IMG/VR virus record: IMGVR_UViG_3300043105_000102
Span: 32,001-96,000 of that record
Strand: one strand, 5' to 3'
Length of the DNA stretch: 64,000 bases
From: a virus
Taxonomy: Duplodnaviria > Caudoviricetes
Shown here: positions 49,455 through 58,500 of the stretch, piece by piece
Layout: every line of letters begins with the position of its first letter
How positions within the stretch are numbered: the first letter of the stretch is position 1
The notes under the pieces: model-generated
The model's database searches: none
Told to the model about the DNA's origin: nothing
What the model saw: the letters and a program-made list of their open reading frames with translations, nothing else
Translations under genes and position numbers: made by a program

Positions 49455-50238
49455 ATGGCAAAGTTCGAAAAGATTTCTAAATACGAAAATATCAATATCA
49501 ATCTCCCAGTGCGCAAAACTGCTGATTCCGCAGGCTATGATTTTGAAGTGGCCGAAGATACTCTAGTACTTCCTTATGATGAACTTGGACTTGATTTACT
49601 TAGTGAATATGTCGGGCCAGAAGGAAGTAGAGAACTTGAACCTCTTACTTTGGAAGAAACTGCGGCCTTAACTAAGAAAGCAGAGTCTAAACCTACTTTA
49701 GTTCCTACTGGAATTAAATGCCAACTAGACCCCGGAACTTATTTAGAGTTAAGTGTGCGCAGCTCTTGCCCCCTTAAATATTGGCTTATTTTAGCTAATG
49801 GAGTCGGTAGAATAATGCCGACTATAAATTGAGTAAAATCGGTGAAACCCTCCAATAGATAGGGCAATACCGAGGTAAACTTCTAAATTACGAAAGGTTA
49901 GAAGTCACCGTAGAGCGTAGGCAATGAATAAATATAATTTGCCCAAGAGTACTCAACAATATAATTGAAAATGTACGCCGAACTTATACGATGGTAAAGT
50001 ATAAGAACTAGAGGATAAAAAGCCTCTAGGGTAACAAATGGTTATTGACAGAGATTACTATAATAATAGCGACAATGAGGGGCATATCTTTTTCCAGATT
50101 ATAAACTTATCGCCATTCCCCATTATTCTTAAAAAGGGCGATATAATTGGCCAAGGCATTATTAAGTCATATTTAAAAGTTGAAAATGATGATGCTGCTG
50201 GAGAGCGCACCGGCGGCTTTGGTAGTACTTCTAAGTGA
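49455..50238 (+). CDS. dut: Trimeric dUTPase; exons 49455-49808 and 50041-50238 (183 aa)
   Basis: SAGYD, PTG, RSS, NGVG|VIDRDY, IGQG, RTGGFGST. Confidence 0.92.
49809..50040 (+). mobile_element. Group I intron, ORF-less (232 nt), in dut
   Basis: AGUCGGU pairs with GCCGACU; AAATCGGTGAAAC, AATACCGAG; variant P7 GAGCGTA/GTACGCC; terminal G50040. Confidence 0.88.
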
Positions 50239-50720
50239 GCCATCTATTAGCTTTAGACCAAAGTAGTAGAATTACTGGTTGGTCAGTATTTATAGATGGG
50301 GAACTAAAAGAATATGGCAAATTTACTTTAAGTCAGTCTGACGTTGGAGAGAGACTATTCTCCCTAAGAGAAAAAGTTAAAGAGCTAATTGATAAATATG
50401 AAATTGATGAACTAATCTTTGAAGATATTCAACTTCAAGGAAATGTATCAAATAATGTAAAGACTTTTAAAGTTCTGGCGGAAGTCTATGGGACTATTGA
50501 GGAATTGGCTACTGAATTAGCCATCCCGCATTTCTCAGTATTAGCAGTTACTTGGAAAGCCGGGTTAGGTATTAAAGGTTCTTCAAGAGCTATCCAAAAG
50601 GCCAAAGCGCAAGAATACGTTTTAAATACTTATAACGCAAAAGTTACTTCTGATGAAGCCGATGCTATTTCTATTGGCGCCTATTGGGTAGGCCAAGATA
50701 AAGGCTTTAATTGGTCATAA
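50235..50720 (+). CDS. RuvC-like Holliday junction resolvase
   Basis: LALDQS..TGW, FED, WK, K, DEADAI.I. Confidence 0.85.
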   Translation: MSHLLALDQSSRITGWSVFIDGELKEYGKFTLSQSDVGERLFSLREKVKELIDKYEIDELIFEDIQLQGNVSNNVKTFKVLAEVYGTIEELATELAIPHFSVLAVTWKAGLGIKGSSRAIQKAKAQEYVLNTYNAKVTSDEADAISIGAYWVGQDKGFNWS

Positions 50721-50723
50721 AAA

Positions 50724-50762
50724 CAAAAAAAAAGAGGGTTAGGAATTTCTTCCTAACCCTCT
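50724..50762 (-). terminator. Terminator at the convergence of the two arms
   Basis: AGAGGGTTAGGAA/TTCCTAACCCTCT stem with an A-run on its left. Confidence 0.75.
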
Positions 50763-50767
50763 AAAAT

Positions 50768-51223
50768 TTACACAGCAACTTTAGTCGCCAAAACGGCGAG
50801 CTTCTTTTGCATTAACTGTTTTTCTTCGATACTGGCTTCTTTGGCCATATCTAAAATTTCTTCGCTAAGTTCATGAATGTAGCCCTCAAGATGTTCCATT
50901 TGAGTTTCTTTATCCATATGATGCTCTCTGGCTTTCATATATTCGTGTTTATGCTCCTCTAAAGGAGTGGGCGAATAGTCAAAGTGAGTATCTTCTGGCA
51001 TCCCTTTTCTCTCAAGAATACGAATAAGCTCTCTTTCTTCATCTTCTTGAGTCTCTTTATGTTCCATTGCTTCTACTACAGAATGATAATACATAGCTTC
51101 GTTTAAGTCTTTAATCATGTCAATAACTTCGCCCAATTCGTGCGCATCAACGCATTCTAAATTGGACATTTGATTTTCGACTTGCTGAACAAGATGTTCT
51201 TTAATAGTTTTTAATCTGTACAA
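50768..51223 (-). CDS. Cassette gene E: helical Glu/His-rich hypothetical protein
   Basis: ELGEVIDMIKDL.EA.YY motif; TTG start. Confidence 0.7.
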   Translation of the reverse strand: MYRLKTIKEHLVQQVENQMSNLECVDAHELGEVIDMIKDLNEAMYYHSVVEAMEHKETQEDEERELIRILERKGMPEDTHFDYSPTPLEEHKHEYMKAREHHMDKETQMEHLEGYIHELSEEILDMAKEASIEEKQLMQKKLAVLATKVAV

Positions 51224-51224
51224 T

Positions 51225-51674
51225 TTAAGCCACCCTCTCTATAATAATATTAGCGTTTTGAACATTTACAGAAGTAGTTCCAACATTTTTAACGCTTATT
51301 TGAGAGCAGCAATTACTCGGCACATCCAAGAAAATACTTGTAAATACACAATTGTAATCTCCTGTTGCTCCGGGAGTTGAAATCATTTTTGTTGTGAGAA
51401 TAGGTTCTCCATCCAAGGAAATTGCTAAAGCTACTGGGGCCGGAGTTGTAGTGGCGGCTTCTGATGCGCCAGTAGTAGAACTGGGTGAAGCAATATTTGC
51501 GCCAAAAGTAACTCTAAATCTGGCGCGGCATTGCTGAGTTATTCCTCTCAGAATTACTAAACCGCTACCCTCTCTATTATAGATTATTGAGCAGTTTCCC
51601 GGAATAGCAACTTCAGAAAAGAGAACATTCTGATTAGCACTTACTAATTGAACTGCATTTGCTGTTAGTTCCAT
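51225..51674 (-). CDS. Cassette gene D: beta-sandwich protein resembling BclA C-terminal/C1q-TNF-like domains
   Basis: Q.V..NQNVLF, F.VTF.ANI, LAI..DGE, ISV.N...NAN..IERV; fold is inferred. Confidence 0.6.
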   Translation of the reverse strand: MELTANAVQLVSANQNVLFSEVAIPGNCSIIYNREGSGLVILRGITQQCRARFRVTFGANIASPSSTTGASEAATTTPAPVALAISLDGEPILTTKMISTPGATGDYNCVFTSIFLDVPSNCCSQISVKNVGTTSVNVQNANIIIERVA

Positions 51675-51694
51675 ATCTCTTTACCTCCCAACTA

Positions 51695-53490
51695 TTATCC
51701 GTTGCACCCAAAAGATAGAGGATAACCAGTATAAGGATTGGCTACGGGGTATGCAGGAACGGGGCAGGGCTTAAGCTCATTCACCAGATAAGCATTCTGA
51801 GCTTGCTGAGAAATCTGGAAATTAGCAGTCTGCAATTGACTATCCTTGGCGGCCAGACGATCACGCAAGTCTTGCATTGTGTTAGCATTGATTAAAGCTC
51901 TAGTTTGTTCGGCTTCATTGTGAATAGCGGCAGTAATATCGCAAGTATTACGGTAATTCTCTGCTCTAACGCTATCTATATTGCGGTTTGTGTCACCAAT
52001 TTGTTATCTTATAGGCTCTTTATCCTATAACTCATATAGTTTCCTATATGTTCAGACTATATCTTCTTCCCTAATTATTATTAGGGAGTTCGGCACTCGT
52101 GTTGGTATTATTGTTTGTCATAACTCAACCATTAGTCGTTGAACCTTCTAATTACTTTTACTGACTTTCATTAGCTTGGCTGCTGATTAGCATACTTACA
52201 AATGTAAACTTAGCTTTCCAGCAATTCACCGAATTATTTTTCTAATAGTTACCTATTAGGCTGCCATGATTGTTTAGCAGCAAGACTGCATCGCATAACG
52301 GCTATCCGCAATATTAGAGTTTACAGTATCGAAGCCTTGAGAGACAGCACTAAATCCTGTGCATAAATCACGCTGTAAACTGCCAAAGTTGTTCAGGAGA
52401 GTAGTGTTGTTGGAATAAAATCCATCACACAAACCTTGCTGAATGCCACGAACGCCATTTTCAACTTGCTGGAAGTTCATGTCTTGGCAAAGCTCTCCTC
52501 TGGTCAGGGCGCCTTGAGTTGAAGCATTGTTATTGCCCCAACCATTTCCTCCCCATCCGCCGCCCATAAAGACGAACAGGAAAAGTATAATTATCCCATT
52601 GCTGTTATCCTACTGGCTTTTTGTCCAGTAGCTCTTATAGTTTATAGTTCCTATAAGTTCAGCGCACCTTTTCTACTCCAATATTAGAGTAGTCGCGGCC
52701 TCTTGGAAAAACTAAATAGTTCTGAGTTATTAAAAAACTCTGCTTTATATCTATTGCAGAAATGAAAAAGTATAATTATGTACTTTACTGCGGCTGCTGT
52801 TTAAAACTCTAGTAATAGCACGTTTGTTAATGTTTAAAAGCGCACTAGCTTCAGAAGTACTCATAAAAACAAATTTTTCACCTGTAGTTAAATTTGTTGC
52901 TAAAATCGGTTTACTCTTTATCTGGTCTTTTTCTTTTGTCCATTCAAGATTTTCGACTTTATTGTTAAGTGGATTTCCATCTTTGTGCTTAACATAAGGG
53001 AGAATATTTGGATTATCAAGAAAATATAAGGCCACAAGTCGATGGATTCTAAAAGTCTTTTTAAGCCCATCTTGGCAAAAGGTATACGTTAAATAACCTT
53101 CGTTGTTCATGTGCGGTTCCAAAATTTTCCCATTTTTAACATTTTTGATATTACCACAGTTTGAAACAGCATAATTATTGAACGCATCAATAATTATATA
53201 CTTTTCCATTTCGTATACTCCTTTAATTGACTTTATATAGTAGTCTTAAAGGACTACAACATATTCAGTATGTCTGCGCGTTGCCCCTGACTGTAGTTCT
53301 TACAGCCTTCGGTTCTGATTCCCATCTCAGGGTTCCAGCTTAATTCCGCGATTATTCGATACAAGTTACCTTGTAAAGTGGCAAATATTTATACTTACCA
53401 AGCTCCCATGCCATCGCCAAATCCCTCACGATTGGCACCAGAAGCAGTTGCAATGTCGGCTAAAGAATAGCCACTGTTTTGATTGAACAT
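51695..53490 (-). CDS. Cassette gene C: membrane-segment/coiled-coil Cys-Cys-Cys protein; exons 53490-53397, 52596-52276, 51996-51695 (238 aa)
   Basis: AAGGAGG RBS; splicing gives GMGAW|WIIILFLFVF-GGGWGG and MQSCC|CDTNRNID; C-terminal PCPVPAYPVANPY. Confidence 0.85.
51997..52275 (-). mobile_element. Group I intron, ORF-less (279 nt), gene C-I2
   Basis: GCUGCU pairs with GGCAGC; minus-strand AATTGCTGGAA, AATCAGCAGCC, TTCAACGACTA, AAGATATAGTC; T|GT restores Cys. Confidence 0.9.
52597..53396 (-). mobile_element. Group I intron (800 nt), gene C-I1, with an HNH gene
   Basis: UGGU pairs with GCCA; AATTAAGCTGGAACCC, AATCAGAACC, CAACGCGCA/AAGGTGCGCT; T|GG restores Trp. Confidence 0.85.
52751..53209 (-). 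CDS. Intron-encoded NUMOD4-HNH endonuclease (possibly degenerate)
   Basis: Y.VSN.G, GYL, IHRLVA..F, HKDGN..NN...NLEW, F.S..EA...L. Confidence 0.85.
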   Translation of the reverse strand: MEKYIIIDAFNNYAVSNCGNIKNVKNGKILEPHMNNEGYLTYTFCQDGLKKTFRIHRLVALYFLDNPNILPYVKHKDGNPLNNKVENLEWTKEKDQIKSKPILATNLTTGEKFVFMSTSEASALLNINKRAITRVLNSSRSKVHNYTFSFLQ

Positions 53491-53524
53491 AATAATGTCC
53501 TCCTTGTAGAAAAATAATATTTAT

Positions 53525-53770
53525 TTAAATCCCAAGCATTTGCTTAAAGGAATTAAATTCTTTATCAAAGTCTAAGCCTCTTTGACTACATAGATTCCTA
53601 GCAATTTGTTCGATCTCAGCAGTTCTATTATTTTTAGCTAAATTTAATAGATTCGCTCCCATTGGAGTGTTTTGCATTTGACTCTCAAGAAATTGTAAAA
53701 TTACTTGCTGGGGGTTTTGTCCAGATTTAACCATCTGAATTAAAGCCATTGGGTTATAATTGTTCGCCAT
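53525..53770 (-). CDS. Cassette gene B: Gln/Met/Asn-rich small helical protein
   Basis: NPM..NPQQ...QIARNLC..RG.D; GGAGG RBS. Confidence 0.7.
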   Translation of the reverse strand: MANNYNPMALIQMVKSGQNPQQVILQFLESQMQNTPMGANLLNLAKNNRTAEIEQIARNLCSQRGLDFDKEFNSFKQMLGI

Positions 53771-53782
53771 CTTTCTCCCTCC

Positions 53783-54151
53783 TTAAAAACTATAATTATT
53801 ATTAGTTTCGGTAGTTTCCTGTTGGGGAGTAGTTGGCGTCAATATAGATTTTATTTGCGCCATAGCGGCGTCAAATTCTTCTCTAGTTACATATGAACCT
53901 TGTGTTGGTGTTGTTGGAATTTCTTTCAACTCATACATACATAGAGATGGAGTACCATCCATATTAATTTGTTTGGTATAGATTCTTTTGTTCGCTAAAT
54001 CAGGAAAAAAGAATACTGAACCATCAAAGTCTATTGTCGTTGCACGAACTTCGTCCAGTGAAGATACTGGGCGGCCTTTTAATCCAATAGTAGGATTAAA
54101 AGTAGAAGAGGGTCGTAACGGCGTTTGCTGCTGATAATAATTTGGATACAT
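53783..54151 (-). CDS. Cassette gene A: hypothetical protein
   Basis: YYQQQ N-terminus, GRPV...EV.A..I..DGS..FFP...IY.KQ..DG, YVTREEFD. Confidence 0.7.
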   Translation of the reverse strand: MYPNYYQQQTPLRPSSTFNPTIGLKGRPVSSLDEVRATTIDFDGSVFFFPDLANKRIYTKQINMDGTPSLCMYELKEIPTTPTQGSYVTREEFDAAMAQIKSILTPTTPQQETTETNNNYSF

Positions 54152-54294
54152 TTTCAGAGCAACCTTCTTTCATGAAAAATTTTTAACCCCTTCAAAGTCA
54201 AAGAATATGTTATAATCTTTTATGCTTTTAGTCATTTTTATTTTATTTACTAGCCTATTATTAATCCCGACTAGTAAGGGGACTCGAAAGAGAT

Positions 54295-54693
54295 TTAGCC
54301 CTCTTTCTCTTTATTCACTTTTGCTTCGATAAGATTTCCAATATAAATTGTTAAATCTCCGTATGTTTGTTCTAGGTAATTTTTACCCTCTTCGCCCAAA
54401 ATTTGAAGAACTGCATTTAGTGTCTTTTGGAACGCTTCTTTTTGGGCTTCTGGCCCAAATTCGCTACTTTCCTTTAAGCTGTTTACATAAGTTTGATTAG
54501 TAGCAATAACACAAGTCTCTACCGTCTCAAGTAACATATCAGTATACTTCTTTACCATTTCATTATCTGTAGTTTTGTCTATTTCTACTTTCTTACTTTG
54601 CAATAATTTAACAATATAAGTTGTTAAAATTCCCAAAAGAGGCACTATACAAAGCTCAAATATTTGGGACAAAATTTTTAAACCTTCATCCAT
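54295..54693 (-). CDS. Putative holin (LL-H-like)
   Basis: One N-terminal TM segment; V.ATNQTYV..LK...IEA.V. Confidence 0.65.
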   Translation of the reverse strand: MDEGLKILSQIFELCIVPLLGILTTYIVKLLQSKKVEIDKTTDNEMVKKYTDMLLETVETCVIATNQTYVNSLKESSEFGPEAQKEAFQKTLNAVLQILGEEGKNYLEQTYGDLTIYIGNLIEAKVNKEKEG

Positions 54694-54708
54694 AAAATTT
54701 TCCTCCTT

Positions 54709-55260
54709 TTAACTATTAGTAACGCTCGTTCCACAATATTTCCATCCACTATTATATACCATGGCCGCCGCAGGTTTCCATCCGCCATTATATACGTAAG
54801 GAATAGCTGGATTCCATTTGCCGTCACTGTAAATATACACTCTGGGAACTACAAGTTTAAAAGTTTTACTAATGGAAACATAATTATCAGTAGAGGTACT
54901 ATTATTCCATTTATATAGGTTCTGTCTAGCAAAAACTTTTATATTAGCTGTAGTTGTGCTTGGAGTGGCATGATTTACTACTGTGGTACCGTTGTAGTAA
55001 TATCTTGTCCATAAGTTACCCGGATTATTAATAGTGGCCATGGTACCGCTACTAACTTTAACTCCTCCAACACAAACGTACCAAGTTCTGTGTGTATTGT
55101 CTATTGTGGCTGAAACATTTGCTCCTCCTGTTATATAAACATTTATAGCAACTGTTGAAGCTATTCCGTTGGTGGATATTTGGTTGCAACGAATGTGAAA
55201 ATACATTGTAGAAGAATCTCCAGTATCGCTTGTATAATCTTTATATGCTAAACTCGCCAT
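54709..55260 (-). CDS. Putative virion/tail-fibre-associated protein
   Basis: Thr/Asn-rich beta protein with three YxxxxWK repeats; downstream of the tail fibre. Confidence 0.5.
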   Translation of the reverse strand: MASLAYKDYTSDTGDSSTMYFHIRCNQISTNGIASTVAINVYITGGANVSATIDNTHRTWYVCVGGVKVSSGTMATINNPGNLWTRYYYNGTTVVNHATPSTTTANIKVFARQNLYKWNNSTSTDNYVSISKTFKLVVPRVYIYSDGKWNPAIPYVYNGGWKPAAAMVYNSGWKYCGTSVTNS

Positions 55261-55344
55261 CTTAAAAACTTTTTCCTTTCGTACTTTTTAATTTAAAAAG
55301 TTGAAAAAATCTTTATAGATTTTGAAGAGGTCTTCTCCCCTTCG

Positions 55345-55566
55345 ATATACTATGAAAAATCTCGAATCAAAAATTTAACTTCTTGTCCAAAAATTTTTCT
55401 GTAAGGGATAGGAGGTTTCCGTCCTCTATAGATACTTAATTTTTATTGGACTCATTTTATCTCTTTCTGTCCAAAAATTTTTCTCCTTAAACCGAGGGCG
55501 GAAGCCCTCTACCTCTTACAGTATATCTTGAAAAATCTCAAAGGTATTTTAAAACTTTTTGCCCGG
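55345..55566 (-). repeat. Three tandem degenerate units of about 85-90 bp, each a candidate late promoter followed by a hairpin
   Basis: GGNCAr box at 55388, 55472 and 55564, each with a YAWRNTA-like box starting 34 nt later. Confidence 0.55.
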
Positions 55567-55578
55567 AAATTTCGAATT

Positions 55579-58500
55579 TTAAATTTTGAAGAAAATTGCC
55601 CCTTTAGTAGTAGTGGAGGGAAGCGCTGTTCCCCAGAAGTTAGCAGAATTGCCATCAGTACTTGTGTTGCCCAATATTATTGCATTAGTTGTAGTCCAAC
55701 CTAGATAAAGGTTTCCAGAAGCTGCATTAAGTGAAACATTGCCACTACCGTGATCCATCCTCAAGACATTGTACGTTGACCCATCATACGTTGTGTTAAT
55801 CCTTCTATTTGACCCGACAAAGGCTATATTACCACTTATATTGATAAAGCTAGAAAAATATCCACTTCCTCCCACATAAAGAGTATGAGTAGGTGTACCA
55901 GCACCAGCGCTAGTTAAATCTATAGTAGTTGTTGTTGAGTTAACTCCTAAATGAGTTCCATCGCAGTACATTGTAGCATTAGCTAAAGTAGTAGCAGCAC
56001 TTGAATAAATTAGCCTATTGGCCGTCCAACTAGTTTTACCAGTTCCACCCAAGTTAACAGCTAATGTTGAAGACAAAGTTGTAGCTGTATCTGCATTACC
56101 CTTTAAGTAGACATTACTAGTATCAGCATATACCATCCACTTATTTAAAGTATCACTATAAAGTCCATGATTAGTATTTCCACTACCAACACCCATCCAA
56201 ACTGTTGAGCCGCCAGTTCTTGTAGCGGTAAACTCACTGTAGTCTCCACTAGCAGAGGTTACAGTAAGTCTATTCTCATCATTATCAATACTCATATTAC
56301 TGGCGGAACTTATTGCGCCACTCGCTGAATAATAGGCTAAATGACTTGTAGTACCAGAGTTAACAGTGGAACTAAGAGAATAAGTGCAAGCCGTTGCTCT
56401 ACCATTGGCTGCTATATATACTGGTTTAGTTGAGCTACCTATAGCCGAATTGCTACTTCCATGGATTAAGTACATTGTTCCAGCATAGTTGGGTAAGTAA
56501 ACAGATCTATTACTACCGTTAGGTTGAGGAATAATGTCTTGATAATAACTTCCAGATCCATATAATCTAATTCTACCGGTCGCATTATTTGCACCAGAAC
56601 CAGAAGTACTAGTAACAGATGTGTCATTACCTAACTGCAAATAAACATAACCAGTAGTTCCAGCATTAGTGCCATCTCCTGCCGTACCAATGGTGCTAAC
56701 CCAAGCTCGCGCATAAGTAGTGCCAGAATTTTGCAAATAATAGCCGCCTTGAGTACTAGTACGATTTAAAGTAAAGTTTGTACTAGAAGTTACACCAGAA
56801 GAATTAGCTTGAAAGTAAGTTCCGCTTGAACCTACTTGGAGAGTACCATCTGTCCGTAAAGTACCAGTATTTTGATATATACTTTTATTTCCATAAGTTC
56901 TAATCCAACTAGTATCGGACATATACCAACCGCCGCCATAGTCTTCACTATACCAACCAGTTGAACCCTTAGTCCTTATCCAAGAATTACTAATTAAAGA
57001 ACCAGTAGAAATATCATAACTAGTATTCGTATATCCAACATTCAAATGGTTTAAAGTAGTATATCCAGAAGTATCTAATAAAGTTATTTGGTGCGCGACT
57101 GCATTACTTGTATTATATTGCCTTGCAACAATTTGTTCTCCCGCTCCGCCATCATCACCGGTAGCTATCTCAAGAACTGTATCAGATTCACTTGTTCCTG
57201 TAACTCTTATCCAGCCTTGGTCATTAGCTGTAGCAGGATTAGAAATAACAAGACCGTTGCTGTGTAAACGTGAAGTAGCTGTAGCTAAACCAGATACTTT
57301 TCCAGCAGATAAACTCATTGCACTTGTGGCGATTAAATATGGTGAGGAAAAGTAGGAAGTAGCGTTGACAATAGGTGACACTACTTGTGTTCCGGCAAAT
57401 ATTTCACCATCAATTGCCATGTTAGCTGTCAAAACATTGGAAGTAGTAGAGCCAGCTTTTACATAGAAAGAGACATCACCTGAATCAGTAATAGTAGTTG
57501 CAGACCCGCCAGATGGCGTATATGTATAAGCAGTAGACTTCCAGCTCTGTCCGTATACGATAGTACCTCCACGGCTATTATTCCATGTAGATTTAGCTGT
57601 AGAACAGTTTGCTCCAACATTTTGCCATAAAGTTGCAGTCGATGCATTACCAGATAAAGTACCTGTAATAGTATACCCACCAGTGATACTCTTATTGTAA
57701 GGGTCAATTACTAATGGTGTTCCAACCCCTGTTATAGTGGTTCCATCAGCAGACCCCGTGCCACAAATTCTAAAAGTGCTATTATATTGGTCTAAAATTA
57801 TTCCAGCTTGAGCGGTATTAGCCGTAGAAGCATTTAAATGAATCTCTCCGCCCTCTCCCGAAAGTGGGGTCAAATTTAAAGCGGTATTTCTAATTACTCC
57901 TAAATAACAAAGGTTAGAAGAAGTACCACTATAAGCACCATTCCAATAAGCTATTTGTGATATGTCTGGAACATAGCTATTATTTGTACCCCATCCAAGC
58001 GTAGTTACATTTGTAGCAGATTTAATACCCGGCACGGTACGACCGGTACAAGTAGTAATTGTGCCACTATTTAAATAAACTGGTGTAGTAGTACTACCAA
58101 CTGTACTACTGCTTTCTGTTGGGACACCCGCATTTAAGTACCATAATTTAGTTCCGCTACCTTTCGAGGAAGTATAAGAACTAATAGTATTACTTGCGGA
58201 ATAATAAGCTAATGTATTGGTCGTACCACTACTTGCCGAACTAATTCCTAATGGAATATTGTCAGAAGCTGTAGTAGTAATTGTATATGTAACTCCTCTT
58301 ATGGTAGAGCCACCATCAGCGACAGAAGTATATACCTCATAACTGGTTAATTTATCAGAAGATGTTGTATTACTGACCTCCGAACTCGTTACTAACGTCC
58401 ATACTCTTCCATTAGAAACATTTTCAACTATAGCTCTAGCATAAGTAGAACATTTATAATAAATATCTGCAACAACATTGTCCCCAGTCGTTCCATAAAG

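Noticed and set aside
27647-50040. Group II introns or IStrons
   Set aside because: No GUGYG 5' ends, domain V, RT/maturase or TnpA/TnpB. All inserts show group I hallmarks.
14556-53396. Stop-codon reassignment as the cause of broken conserved genes
   Set aside because: The breaks use TAA, TAG and TGA, need frame changes, and are resolved exactly by intron removal. Long genes such as gyrA, ligA and the tail fibre are intact in the standard code.
55320-55570. Mini CRISPR array
   Set aside because: Units are too degenerate and have bipartite fixed spacing, which fits promoters better.
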